From Octopus bimaculoides (taxonomy: Eukaryota), in NCBI RefSeq assembly GCF_001194135.2, contig NC_068990.1, positions 56,465,324 through 56,524,628 on the forward strand: a stretch of 59,305 nt of DNA, read 5' to 3'. Of the stretch, positions 11,384 to 25,281 are shown piece after piece; position 1 is the first letter of the stretch; every line of letters begins with the position of its first letter. The position numbers and the translations under genes are program-made. Below the pieces are notes generated by a model. The model ran no database searches and had not been told where the DNA came from. It saw only the letters and a program-made list of their open reading frames with translations.

Positions 11384-12647
11384 TATATATGAAATAACGA
11401 CAGATAGTTCTCGCTCTTGCCTAAATTAATAGATTTAGTAAAAAAAAAGTAAGGCCAAGATATATAAGACCAGAATGTCATCGAAAAGTTCTATGGAAAA
11501 ATAGCCAAGTCCGGAAGAGTAGATAAAACAAAACGTAGACATAGTTACAAGTCCTTATTGAATAACGTTCCCATTAGACACACTTGCATAGGGAACTAAG
11601 CTTAGACGGCGGTCGTGCATGTGGTACTAACTGATTTTGTAATTTTTTGGGAAACATAACGCTCGTAAAAAAATAGCTTATCTATATTGACCAGCGTAAG
11701 CCTTATTATCCATATCATCTTACAGAAAACTTCTAAAGGCTTCTTCATACAGTGTTTCCAGAGCAAGCCAACATTGTAGCTTACATTAGAAACATTACAC
11801 GAAGCGGGTCTTATCTCTTTCCGACTAATACTAGCATAAGATGTTAATAAAGCATGACAAATTTGGGATGGTAATAGAAGTAAGCTTTATTCTCCTGTAG
11901 TGCCTACCTCTTTACATGTAGCTAAAATGGACAGGCTGTTAAGAGTTAAGTGCCTTGGCTATGAAAACAGCACGTCATCAGCTGAGAGGAAACATACCAC
12001 CAAACGTTCGGATAGTCTCAACTCGACATATTAGTAGTGTTCTTACTGCATATGTACGAGTCAAAATACTGTTAAAACTGATATGATGATTCTGTATTGC
12101 AAGAGAATATAACTCCAATTTAGAAATGAAGTATCTAAATTCACCTCAACTACAGAAAAAGAAATATATATAAAATGCTGGTAATTGATGGAAATACAAA
12201 AATATACCAGCGAAAACTATATACATGGAAACACATACAAATGGTGGACTTAATTTTATTTAAAGCTGTAACATTTTGAAGGCCCACGCAGCATGTAGCG
12301 GAACGGTTAAACTGAGAGTCGAACCAGCGCTAAATTCAGTGGAAGTACTGATTTTGCTCGGTGCCTTAACCATCCAAATGACTCAACTTTGATGTTATCT
12401 TAGTTACAATGTGTATGCTGAACTCGCAAGCTGCAATTACTTTCAAATTTCGACACTACTGTTATCTAATTAATGCGGTCGGCTGACTAAGTCGTTAAAG
12501 CACCGGATAAAATGCGCTCTGAGTTAAATTTACGTTGAGTTAAACTCTATCTTTCATCTTTTCAGAATCTATAAATATGGTACCAGTTACCAGCTCGGCC
12601 TTAGTGTAGCCCTCCCCTTTCTCCAGCTGTCACATCCTGGGTATTCT

Positions 12648-13273
12648 TTTCTTTTCTACTCTAGGCACAAGGCTTTATTTTTTTTTTNNNNNNNNNNNNN
12701 NNNNNNNNNNNNNNNNNNNNNNNNNNNNNNNNNNNNNNNNNNNNNNNNNNNNNNNNNNNNNNNNNNNNNNNNNNNNNNNNNNNNNNNNNNNNNNNNNNNN
12801 NNNNNNNNNNNGGGGGGGGGGGCAGTCGATTAGATCGACCCAGTACCCAACTGGTACTTAATTTATCGACCCCGAAAGGATGAAAGGCAAAGTCGACTTC
12901 GGCGGAATTTGAACTCAGAACATAAAGACAGACGAAATACCGCTAAGCATTTCGCCCGGCGTGCAAACGTTTCTTATTTCTTTATTGCCCGCAAGGAGCT
13001 AACCAAAGAGGGGACAAACACGGACAGACAAAGGGATTAAGTCGATTACATCGACCCCAGTGCGTAACTGGTACTTAATTTATCGACCCCGAAAGGATGA
13101 AAGGCAAAGTCGACTTCGGCGGAATTTGAACTCAGAACGTAAAGACAGACGAAATACCGCTAAACATTTCGCCCGGCGTGCTAACGTTTCTGCCAACTCA
13201 CCGCCTTCCATAGCCTATATAATCTTTTCTACTCTAGGCACAAGACCCGAAATTTTCTGCTAGCTCACCGCCT
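12648..13273 (-). mobile_element. Compound of family A SINE units (two different 3' tails) inside one 16-bp TSD
   Basis: ACATCCTGGGTATTCT at 12632-12647 and 13274-13289. The body GTCGACTTTGCCTTTCATCCTTTCGGGGTCGATAAA-type domain occurs twice. Confidence 0.85.
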
Positions 13274-13913
13274 ACATCCTGGGTATTCTGCTGGGTTAAA
13301 AGGTTGAATCTCGAAAGAATGTTTGAACCGGCTCGTGACTACAAGGGTAGCTAAAACTACTAATGTAAGGTTTGGAACATACTGATACCAACTCATCCCT
13401 GATAGTGAGTGATGGCCGTAACAGTTTAGTTTTTCTCATTAGATCAGTATTTCCTAAACTTCTTTTAGTCCAGTACTCGCCTCAGATCTTGTGTAATGAA
13501 ATTCAAAAGCTGGAAATTCCCAACGATACCTGGAAAAAAGCACTGCTTTAGGTAAAGAATGTATGTTATTGTATTTTACAATTTACTATTAGCATCTAAT
13601 ATGTTACATCCAATGCGTCAACTCCTTCTACGACCCCAATCATTGGTGGTAGCGATAGTAGTTTCGGCAGTAGCAGCAGTAGAAGTAGTAGTGGCGATGG
13701 TGGTGGTGGTAGTAGTAGTAGTAGTGATGCTATTGTATTTCATGTTATTACAGGTACGTGCCAGTGCTGTGAACCTTTATGAACGTTCCATAGATTTTGC
13801 ATATGGAAGTAGAGTAGTTTAGCAATGCCAGGTAACGAAGCACCCTTCTATTGTATAATATTTTTGTCGCATCGAGGTGGGAGCTGTACCTCACTGTAGT
13901 CCCTATTTTATCC

Positions 13914-13914
<1 letters not shown>

Positions 13915-13963
<49 letters not shown>
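13915..13963. repeat. (GAAA)n microsatellite
   Basis: Direct inspection. Confidence 0.95.
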
Positions 13964-14191
13964 TAAATGTTATGATTGATTTTGTATTGTTGCAGTTCGA
14001 AGCTGATGCTAGCGGGGTCATGATCAAATAGTTCTATCGCCTCTGCTGGCGCTGTTGCTATTATTGCATCTTCGTCAAATCATGTTTATTTCCTATTTCA
14101 ATAATTACTCCTGAGAAGAACCAGTCTTCATACGCCCATACATATGTAGTGACACACAACACATGTTTAAATTCTTATTGAAATTAGTTGT

Positions 14192-14234
<43 letters not shown>

Positions 14235-16224
14235 TCCATCAATTCTACGCAACAACTAATAATTGAGCCTTTAAGTAGCCATCGAATGGAAATTAAAGTG
14301 GGCAAATTTTGCAAACCATTGAACGCTTCTTTTATCTTTAAGAGCAAACTAGCTTTAAATTATTCAACTTCAGAACAACGTTGCCAATCGTTCCAATATG
14401 TTTTTTTCCCCTCTGTTACAATGACTTAAAGCGTTCCTTGAACCTGTCTGGCTACAACTCTTACTGGTAGCTGGCACGTGACTCTCTTGCTGGAAGAAGT
14501 AGTAGCAGCTAATGCAAGACTCATCCCCTAATTAAGTAATTTGCATATTACATAATATAGTAGAGTAATTGAGATGACAGGTGTATTGAAATCTCAATAT
14601 TGTCTGCTTTGTTACGTCACCTTTCTGCGTTCAGCTACCGATGCCAACTTAGCTTTTCCTTCCTCCAGGATAATCAAATTAAGACATGTATATAAATCAA
14701 GTATTATCAAGCGATACAAAAGCAGGCCCAGAGACACCTCAGAGATGCTATTAACAGAAATGTGGCACATGTGAATCAAGAAACCTTGTCTTCAGTGAAG
14801 CGATCGCATTAACAATGCTATCTAATATAAAGAAGTTCCCTACTTCTTAGAAACTGGAGGTAGCGTGGCCCATAGGTAAGACATTGGATCGTCCCGTTCT
14901 TAGTGTCATTATTTCAAATCAACTGCTATTGCACAGTTGTTGTTTAGTAATTCGTAAGCCCCGAGTGAGCAGATCTATTACACAAAACATTTTGTAGTGC
15001 ATCTAGGACGATATTATACACTATATCCCTCCATTTTTCACGTTAGTAAAAAGTGACGAGAAAAATATGGATGTGATTTGTAGTGGGATGAACAGCCACG
15101 AAGAAATTCTCTCGTTAGCCCATTTGGATAGTATTTTATTTGCAGCATCACTTCTTTTTAAAATAACATTATTTCTACTCTATTTCTACTCTAGCTTAGC
15201 ATCCATCAAAATTGATAGGTTTTATTTCTGTCTCCTTTCAGCAATTCTTAATCTTTCTTTTCAAGCTTTGAAACACCAGTTGCTTCTTTTGTTTCATCTG
15301 TCTTTCTGCAGTTTATTTTCGCTCTTTTAACTTGGAGTGATGCGTCTCTTTCTTTTTCTTCGTTTTTGATTTCTTGTTATTTTGTAGCACTGCTCTCTGA
15401 TTGCTATTCAATACTACCTCTCCTGTCGTATCCTTTGTCTTTTTTCTCTGCAGTTCCAAGGTAAGAAGTTTCCCTATGACTGACAAATTCTTCGCTCATT
15501 TATTGCATGTTTCAAGAATTACCTCTTCACTTTATTTCTACGCTCTCACTCTGTAACTCTCCTTCATTATATGTAGTATCTCACTCACGAGCTTTATTAA
15601 TTCTTCTATTCTTCACATAGTTCAATTTCTATCTTTTCTCTCTATTCAAGTCTGCCTCCGACGCTTTCTTTGTTACCAAAGACCTTCCTGTCCATACATA
15701 TTTTGATATCATACAAGAATTTCTTTTTTTTCTTTTTCCGATTGATCTCACTTTCTATACATTTATTTTATCACGTTACTTTTCTAATTCCAGTAACTAG
15801 TGTTGAGACTTGTCTTTCTTCCATCACTCTTTCTGTTATTTTTATTATCTATGTTACTTACACCATCTTTTGTATATTGCACTACCCTGTTTTTTTCATT
15901 TCTCCTAATGCTTCACTGTTAAGCGTACACGTGTCTCCGGAATGATCAGTTGTTTACACTCTAACTCGGGAGCAGGTAATTTATTTGATTTCAGTTGATT
16001 AAACAACAAATTGCTCATCATCAAGCTACTGAGATCCACCAACATATATATGTGAGGGAGAGGTGTGTTGGACGTGTGTGCGTCTGCGTGTGCGCGAGTG
16101 TGTGTATGCGTGTATGAATGTGCGTGTGCTTGAGAATATGTTCTACTTTCATTTATTACAAAACTAACTGGGAGAAATATTTTTTTCACTACAGAAACTG
16201 AAAATTAGTGTCAGCATTATCTTT

Positions 16225-16410
16225 TAGATTCCGGCAGAATCATTAGCGCGACAGGCCAAATTGCTTAGCAGCATTTCTTCCAGCTTTTTACGTTCTGAAT
16301 TCAAATTCCTCAGAGGTCGACTTTGACTTTCATCATATTGGGGTCGATCAAATAAGTGTCGGTTGAGTAATCGACTAGCCAATTTCCTAAAAATTTCATG
16401 CTTAAAGTCG
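16225..16410 (-). mobile_element. Family A SINE, decayed
   Basis: GAATCATTAGC...GTTCTGAATTCAAATTCC...GTCGACTTTGACTTTCATC matches family A, read on the plus strand as written; the strand call is tentative. Confidence 0.5.
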
Positions 16411-16649
16411 AAAGAAATAATATTTCTCAGATTTCTGGATTCCAGATTAAAAGAAATCATATCTTTAGCTCATTTATATTCCAAAATCACTTGGCAAAGG
16501 TAAACGTAACACAGCATCTCATTTCACCATCTCTTTGAAACTAATTGGGCTGCTCTACGTGGTCGTTCGACCTGCTAGAAATAACAGCAAGGACTCGTTT
16601 AACAAAAATCATGACCACATTAGCTTATGTAGTTAAAAAAATACACTAC

Positions 16650-16915
16650 AGTTCTATATTTAATAAATGAGGAATTATGTACATTATTTACATTCGACGG
16701 ATATTTGTCCTCATCTTGTTTGTTGTTAACACAACGTTTCGATTGATATACCCTCCAGCCTTCTTCAGGTGTCTTGGGGAAATTTCGAACCTGGGTTCTC
16801 ATTCCTAAGGTATTTTTCGATGTTATTATTATTATTATTATCATTATTCTTGTTAGTGTTCAGGTCACTCCTTGGAATCGAACTCGGAAAATTTGGGGTT
16901 AGTAGCCCGTGCTCT
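16650..16915 (-). mobile_element. Family D element, minus arm (complete 3' end, head lacking about 20 nt)
   Basis: CAGTTCTATATTT...GTTTCGATTGATATACCCTCCAGCCTTCTTCAGGTGTC...(ATT)n...CAGGTCACT..GGAATCGAACTC. Confidence 0.9.
16728..16773 (-). ncRNA. Hammerhead motif with stem II damaged (CAAUC instead of CAGCC)
   Basis: Reverse complement reads GACAC CUGAAGA A GGCUG gaggguauau CAAUC GAAAC GUU GUGUU. Confidence 0.55.
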
Positions 16916-16954
16916 AACTCCAAGATTCTGAGTTCGATTCCAAGCAGTGACCTG

Positions 16955-17033
<79 letters not shown>

Positions 17034-17202
17034 GCAACAACAACAATAGCAGCAACAGCAGCAGCAGCAAAAAAGAAAGAAAAAAAAATAATAGTAACAT
17101 CGAAAAATACCTTAGGAATGAGAACCCAGTTTCGAAATTTCCCCAAGACACCTGAAGAAGGCTGGAGGTTATATCAGCCGAAACGTTGTGTTAACAACAA
17201 AC
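16914..17202 (+). mobile_element. Family D element, plus arm with (AAC)n/(AGC)n linker, truncated at both ends
   Basis: CTAACTCCAAGATTCTGAGTTCGATTCCAAGCAGTGACCTG, then (AAC)n, then ACATCGAAAAATACCTTAGG and the hammerhead. Confidence 0.9.
17147..17192 (+). ncRNA. Type I minimal hammerhead ribozyme motif, core intact; predicted cleavage after U17187
   Basis: GACAC CUGAAGA A GGCUG gagguuauau CAGCC GAAAC GUU GUGUU. Confidence 0.75.
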
Positions 17203-17786
17203 ATTATTTACTTTTACTCTGCTATATTCAATGCTCAAATACTGATGGGGCTGGTAAACTATATTTAAGTATAGTGCCATCGATTTTCCATATCAAATTC
17301 CGTCTATGCCTCAGTCGACGTCAACCTTGGTCTCCTTCCATCCGAGGTCACTAAAATAAAGTATTAGAGAAATAATGGAGCTGATTAATTGACTACTCCT
17401 GGGCCGCGAATTTGAACCGTAATGCCTATGCTAGAAATCAGAATTAAACTATAATTCAAAAGTCAGGGACATGTTTTATTTTCACGTATTTACTGTGAAT
17501 TTGGTTTCTACAACGTAAATTAACAATTTAGTCAGTTCCCTTTTTCGATTTTATGTGATTCTACTATAAAGTAAGAGAACGGGTAAGAGTTTGGCGACTT
17601 ACAGACAAGGCAGAATAGTATAAACAACTAAGAAATGCTGTTTGACATCTTCCGGTTCAGTTCTTAGCTTGTGAACAAATGTATATTAAATTCCAATCAC
17701 ACTCACATACACATAAAATCTAGAATAATACAATGAAAGTGTGTGTGTGCGTGTGTGAGTATACACACATACATACAAACATATAT

Positions 17787-17900
<114 letters not shown>

Positions 17901-19094
17901 GTACACGCACACAATAATTCTAGATTTTATGAACCTTGTTCGATAGACAAAAGCTTATACCTACTTGTTTATTGTAGTTTTTGTTTGAATATCAAGTCAG
18001 TAAATAAAACAATACTTGAAGCCAGAGAAAATAACTTAGAATAAGTTACTTTTTATTATATTATTATATTTCACGCAGTATAATGGCAATCAGCATATGC
18101 CATGCGATAGAAATTGCTGTGTTAGTAAAATAAATTATGTATTAGCTATAAACAATGCTAATTGCGGCCATAAACAATTTACTTAAACATAAGTATTCTA
18201 ATGTAATCATACCTAATTTTTTGTAAATATAAATCTTGTTCCTCATAGCTTTCAACGCAAAAGCACCAAAATCCAACCATAACCACTCAGTAAATTATAG
18301 AACAGGTAGTCTTGCTGAAACTACCCTTCAATAAACTTAGGAATTTTAAGTGGGATGTCTTTCATTATTGCAATCATTTAAAATGTTACTGTTTGATTTT
18401 TGATTGATCTGGGAAACAATTTCATACCTAAAGCCAATAAAAAAAGAAAAAAAAAAAAAAGAAAAGACCCTCACGAATATGTTTTCCAACTTATCATTTT
18501 TCTCTTTCCTCGTTCTCGACACTTTTTTTTTCTTGTTTTTCTGTTTTCCACTGTCTGGCCTATTGCAGTCGTTAGTCTATGCCGTATATTAAAACTAAGT
18601 TTATAATATACATTATGAATCTCCGTTTTTCTCTCCTTATCTCATTACATTGGCATTTTTATTTTTGTCAGCAATCTGATAACACATTATCACATTTTTA
18701 TTATTGATTCTGAACCATTTTGGTAGAACCTTGTAATTTCTCACTGATTAGAGTCTTTGTAGTATTTTTATAACATTTATCAGAGACAATAATCTCGGTT
18801 TATCAAGAAAAAGTAAACTCGTTTCCAACAGGGTTGTTCCATATATATNNNNNNNNNNNNNNNNNNNNNNNNNNNNNNNNNNNNNNNNNNNNNNNNNNNN
18901 NNNNNNNNNNNNNNNNNNNNNNNNNNNNNNNNNNNNNNNNNNNNNNNNNNNNNNNNNNNNNNNNNNNNNNNNNNNNNNNNNNNNNNNNNNNNNNNNNNNN
19001 NNNNNNNNNNNNNNNNNNNNNNNNNNNNNNNNNNNNNNNNNNNNNNTCTTCTGCATTTTTACGGTTAAAGCCAAAATAATCTGTAAGGGTGTGA

Positions 19095-19420
19095 AGGCGC
19101 GTGGTTTAATGGTTAGGTCTTAAGGTCGGCTTACGGTCTTCAGCAGATCGTGATTTCGACTCCCGGTGGTGTGTTGTGTCCTCGAGCAAGACATTTTATT
19201 TCATGTTACTCCAGTCCACTCTGCTGGCAAAAAAATTAGTAGTACCTGTATTTCAAAGGGTCAGCCGTGTCACATTCTCTGTCACGCTGAATCTCCCTGA
19301 GAACTACGTGAAGGATAAGCGTGTCTGTGTAGTGCCCAACCACTTGCACGTTAATTTCACGAGCAGGCTGTTCCGTTGATCGGATCAACTGGAGCCCTTG
19401 TTGTAACCGACCGAGTGCCA
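19095..19420 (+). mobile_element. tRNA-derived SINE, family C
   Basis: GGCGCGTGGTTTAATGGTT head; CACTTGCACGTTAATTTCACGAGCAGGCTGTTCCGTTGATCGGATCAACTGG 3' domain. Confidence 0.85.
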
Positions 19421-19565
19421 ACTTGTAAAGGTCTGATTTCAATAAATTTTCATCAGTCTTGTCAATTGCACTATAATCACGAATAATCGTATGCAAAATA
19501 TAAGCTATTCGCTGAAACCATTTCCCTTTATTATTGATATTGGTTTCAAGCTATACTCACATTAA

Positions 19566-19786
19566 TGAAGGTGGCGAGCTGACAGAATCGTTATCGCGCC
19601 GGACGAAATGCTCAGCAGCATTTCGTCCGTCTTTACGTTTTTAGTTCAAATTCCGTCGAAGTCAACTTACCTTTCATCATTTCGGGGTCGATAAAATAAG
19701 AACAAGTTGAGTAATGGGGTCGATGTAATCGATTGGTCCCCTCCCCCAAAATTTCAGGTTCTGTGCCTATAGTAGAAAGGATTATT
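19566..19786 (+). mobile_element. Family A SINE, full length, ATT tail abutting a LINE 3' end
   Basis: GGTGGCGAGCTGACAGAATCG head ... GTGCCTATAGTAGAAAGGATTATT tail. Confidence 0.88.
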
Positions 19787-22230
19787 ATATTTATTTTGGT
19801 TTCACTCAGGTTCGGTCTCATTCCTGGTAGGATTTATGTGGGTAACGGGTTACAACCTGTAACTTTCGGTATCCACAAGTTTTCAGCATTCTTTCAAGTG
19901 CTTAGAACCCTCCTGGTAACCCTTGCTGTCCCTAAGAGACAAACATTCTGAAGGAGCTTTACCGGGAAATCTATTCCAATCTCCTTCAACCATCTGTCTA
20001 TATCTTTGCTCACTGTTCTCAACACACCAATTATTATAGGCACGACCTTCACTGTTTTCATGCACCAAATTCCTCCTATTTCAAATGTTAAAGGATTGTA
20101 TTTGTTTTGTTTTTCTTCCTCTTTCTTTACGATCATAGCGTCAGACGGGCATGATGGGTCTCTAAGTAAGCAACTTCACTTTTCCTTATCTATAATTCTT
20201 ATGTCTGGTCTCTTATTTTCTAAATTCTTACATTTCTCCGACTTCAGTACTCTTTTGTCACGATGATTGTACCATACGATTCCAGCTTCAAATCTCCATT
20301 TCTGACACAGTTTCCATTGTAAAACTTTTACAACCTGGTCGTGCATCCATTTCTTATATTGTTCCTGTGTCAACTTGGGGCATTCTTTCACAATGAGTGC
20401 CACTGTCTCGTTCCAAATTTCACAGGCTCTACATTTTTCTGACACATTCTTTCTACATATATTTTTTCTCATGTTGTTAGTTTTTATTGCTTGATCTTAG
20501 ACTGCTACAATTAGGCTCTCTGTTTCTTTTTTAATTGCTCTTTTTTTAACCAAGCCCAGGATTTTGTCCCAGATACGTCTTCAATGGCTTTCCAAAATTG
20601 GCCATGCAGAGGTTTCTCTTCGATCTGTCTGACGTACTCTCTTTGTATTTCATTCTTGTCCTTTTCTCCTATTAAGCGCTTCATCACCTGTTCCTTATTC
20701 ACTGTCTTTAGTAGTTTTTCTGCACTGGTCTGTAAATACTCTATTAGTTGTTTTCTTTCTATCTGTACATATTCTTCTACTGCTATTAAGCCTCTTCTAC
20801 CAAAGTCTCTCCTCAAGTACCGCCGGTTGATATCAGCTTTCGGATGGTGGACTCTATACATTGTCAACAACTTTCTAGTTTTTCTGTCAAGTTTCTTCAT
20901 ATTGTTTTTGGTACAGTCTATAATTTTAGTTCGATATCTGATTAAGAATATTGCTCTGAAATTTATTGCTTGAATAAGACTTTTGGAATTCAGCTTTGAC
21001 TGCAATAATTTTCTTACTCTCCTTGTGTACTCCCTACTGGTAATTTGTTTCATTTCTTCATTTTTATTTCGTCAGCTTCCAGTATTCTCAAGTACTTATA
21101 ACACTGTCCTTTCTCAACCGCTCTCACTGTTTGCCCATTTGGTATTTCAATTCGCTGGCTTCTTTCAAATTTTCCTCGTTTCATTTTCAATATAGCGCCA
21201 CTTTTATATCTCAAATTCCATACATATGTCATTTGAGAAAATGCAGATAGTATGTACAAAATTTTCAAGCTGTTTCTCATTTTTCGCATAAACCTTTATA
21301 TCATCCATGAAAAGGAAATGATCTATCTGACTATTTCCTTTTCCCAAATCATAGGCAATTTTAAAGTTTCGCAGTATCACAGTGAGCGTTGTCATGGCCA
21401 ATACGAATAGTAATGGAGATAAGCTATCTCCTTGGAATATTCCACGTCTGATGTTCACTTTTCCGAGTTTTTGCTTTCCTACGATCCGATCAATTCAGTA
21501 TTCCAGTGTTTTACACTTTCATTAAGCATTTTCTCCATGCTTTTTTCTATTCCAAACATGCTTATTCTTTTACTTATCCAACTGTGTGGTACCATATCAT
21601 ATGCTTTTTTGTAATCTTGCCATGCTACATTCAGTCCCGTTAATCTGCGTCTACAATTTCTAATTATCATTTCATCAACTAATGAAGCTAAGTTCCCTTT
21701 CAAGGGATCCTTGAGGCATAACAGCGTTCGTCCTCTTGTCATCCAGGCAAGAATGTGACCTTGCTGTAGGCAGTCATCCAGTTGTGCAGCATTCCTTTCA
21801 TACAGCTGTGTAAAGTTCTTCAGCCAATGGCCTCCTACTCCATCCGGGCCTAGTTCTTTCCAATTTGCTTTTTTTTAACTTCTGTCTCGCTGTATATTAA
21901 TTAATTTTGACGTCCTTTTATCTTGGTACAGTTGTAAGTTGTCTTCCCATCTTTGTTAGCCACTCCACGCTTTCTTTATGTCTCACTAGCCTGTTCTACA
22001 GCCTTCCCCAAAATTCTTTACTTTCTTCCGCATCTGGAATCAGTTCCTGGTCTTGGTCTCCCTCTATTTCTTCATAAAAACGCCTTCTTTTTGACTGGAA
22101 CAGTCTATTCTGAGTCTATTCTGCTCGAAATCTTTGCAACTAGCATTATATCTCTTCAGTTTGGCTTTTAATGCGGTCACCTTTTGTGTCAGTTCTTCAT
22201 GTACTGTTTGTTTGTTTTCCCCTCTCTTCT
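19786..22230 (-). mobile_element. 5'-truncated, decayed R4/Dong-clade (RLE) non-LTR retrotransposon
   Basis: Minus-strand fragments: WQDYKKAYDMVPHSW, RRGIFQGDSLSPLLF, HFLFMDDIKVYAK (RT); KCRACEIWNETVALIVKECP (degenerate CCHC); RPDIRIIDKEK and VVPIIIG (RLE region). Many stops and frameshifts. Confidence 0.9.
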
Positions 22231-22302
22231 AATTTTTTTTTATCAAATCTGGAAGAATTAAAGACAATATTAATTTTGGTGAGATTTTATGTATTGCCTA
22301 GT

Positions 22303-22456
22303 CAGCCGGCATGGCTGTCTGGATAAGAAAGTCGCTTCGCAACCACGTCTTTTTGGGTTCGATCTTCTGTGTGGCATCTTGAGCATGTGTCATCTTTAAC
22401 CTCGTTTTGACCAAGGCCTTGTGAGCGAAACTGTAGAAGCCCGTAGTATGTGCGTG

Positions 22457-22494
<38 letters not shown>

Positions 22495-22515
22495 TCAGTT
22501 TGTGTGTGTGTGTGC
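22303..22515 (+). mobile_element. Family B SINE 5' half
   Basis: GGCATGGCTGTCTGGATAAG head, CTTGAGCATGTGTCATC, GAAACTGTAGAAGCCCGT, then (TA)n. Confidence 0.75.
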
Positions 22516-24108
22516 AAGTTTAAGTGTCTACCTTGATACCTGTCTTAAAATTAACGTCGCTTGAAAATCGGTGCCGTGTGTTTTTGATCTGCAATATAGT
22601 GGTTCCAGAAAGCGTTCGATAAAATAAGCGCCAGATATTTAGAAACAGATGTACCGATTCCGACGTGATCAACTGATTAAAACTTGTAAAATATCCAAAG
22701 AAAGAAAGAAAGCAGAACCAATGGCCTGTTGGAAAGGCAGATATTATCCTTAAACCTGATACATAACATAGTTTCCGGCACAGAAGTTCACATAATATAT
22801 ACTGTAAACATTTAAACCTTGTCATTATCTTTCCAAATCATTCAGCATTTTACATGGAATTTTTAGTCTTCCAAAGTCGATTTGGTGTATAAATTTACCT
22901 ACCTCTTTTGGTTGTAAAACTTTTGATGCGAAAAAGTAGACTCGTATGCTGGAATATATATCGTGTATCCAACTTAACACCCGCAAGAACCAGATAATAA
23001 ACTAACAGATAAAATATACTCTCTAAAACAGTCAGAACGTAAACATTTATAACTAAATACAGCAGACCATTTTGTCGGTCATTGTACCGATCCTGCCAAT
23101 CCCTTGCTTTCTGAGTTTCTAATATTAAATATAACAAAGTCTGCAGTTCCTTCATTCATAATAATTCTACGTGATTATATATTGGGGCATAGAAAGAAAC
23201 ATAAAATTAACGAGAATTCAAATCTTTGTAATTCTTCAACATATTCCGGTCATTAACGATGTATTTTTGAATTGCTGGAGTTAATGAAAAATGCTTAGTA
23301 CAATATGAGTAATATGGAACAGAAGAATAAGCAACGGGGAAGAAACGAAAAGTGACAGAGCAATTTGAATTCTTCAGATTTCATCTGACATTTGATTTGC
23401 AGAAGTTTATGAAGCGACATTCACATTTTTTTCTTCTCTTCTTCAAAGTGTATCCACAGAATTTGATGAATACAGTTTTAATTATTCAAGCATATCATTC
23501 GTATGAAATATGAGACTGAGCTACAAAGACAACAAAAATTACTTCTATATCTTGCTTGAGATTATATGTGTGTGTGTCTGTATGTGCGTGTACGTATTTA
23601 TGTGTCCATATATATATATGAATACATTCATACATACATATGTGGGATATGTGTAAGGATAACTTGAGTGAGAATAAGGTAGACGTGTATGGTCGAGTCT
23701 ACTGCACGTCTGGTACTTATTTTATTGATTCCGAAAGAGGCTGAAAGGTAAAACCATCCTTCGAAAATCTTCAACTTGAAATGGCTAGTATAGAAATAAA
23801 ATTCTGCCATCCATTCCAGGCACAAAGACGCATAGTTGCACATGCATGTACACACGCACGCAGACATATAAATATGTAAATTAGTAGTTAAGATTTTAAA
23901 TGTAATGTATATTGGAAGCATCAATGGATTGTTTTCCTAACATTTGAGAATGAGACTCTCTCTCTCTCTCTCTCNNNNNNNNNNNNNNNNNNNNNNNNNN
24001 NNNNNNNNNNNNNNNNNNNNNNNNNNNNNNNNNNNNNNNNNNNNNNNNNNNNNNNNNNNNNNNNNNNNNATTTATACATACATACGTACATATGTATGTA
24101 TATATAAA

Positions 24109-24161
<53 letters not shown>

Positions 24162-25281
24162 ATAAATGAAAATATGCATCGTAAATAAACAACGATATGT
24201 AAAAAACGTATACGCATAGTGAGTGTATAACCGGACGGGAGACAGAAGGTCCCTTCTTGTACACTGAGTATACGTATGCCCTTTTTACCTGTCATTGTTT
24301 ATTTGCAATGCATTTTTTTCATTTATTAAGTAACGGAATGCACGGACCCCGACATTATATATATACTACAGCTTATACTAAATTGGGTTAAAAACTCGTT
24401 GGATGAAAAAGTGATACAAAGTTTCGTGTCTGCATGACTTGAGCACCGCATTTTTTGTAACCCAGGCAAACATGCTACCCGATTGCCCCAAAACAATTCT
24501 CCAGCTTTCATTATATATATTAATCGAAATGTACAGTAGTATGTATCCATTACGGACGATCTTACCGATCGGTTTCGCACTAGGGATTCAACTGAGTGCT
24601 AGGTAATAGTCCGATTATGTAACTCTGCGCTCTTCAGCGATGGAAGTTATTATTGAAATATGGAAGTTACTGGCTGCAATATTTACAATCTTGCTAAACG
24701 AAAATATACTGTAGAATATATATTACTTACCTATGGAAAAATTTATCCCCTGAAAGAAAAAATATATCTGATCTTCTAAATCTATCGGGGATTTAAAAAG
24801 GTAAAAATATTAACTACGCACTTAATTGACTCCTCTACACGCTCGAGTGTATCGTATCAAGCGCTATGCCTTATACTATACTAAAAAGAAACTTCGTGAT
24901 TTAAACACTAAGACAAGTTTCGCTGTTTACCTTGCTAATGACACTAACAGAAATTAACACAACGAATGGATGAGAACTGACCTTCATCATAAACCTGGAA
25001 TCTTTAAAAGAAAAAGTAATTAATTCCACTCAAACGTTATCACACTCTTCATGCTAACGTAATCGATTGAAGTGCTGGATTTCGTTGGACGACATCGCTG
25101 TCTTTACGTTCCTTAAGTTTTCTCTTTTTTCAGTTTGCGCCTATTTATAACAATACTCATTCCAAAGTTTATTTTATATTGGCCCCTATGTTGGTATAAT
25201 AGTAAATTTGATAATTTTAAAAGATATTCTTGTAGTTCATCATACAAAGTATTCCTATTATTTGAACTATTTAAGGTAGAG

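Noticed and set aside
13745-13835. Candidate exon between TTACAG and CAG|GTAACG
   Set aside because: All three frames contain stops and there is no supporting neighbouring exon.
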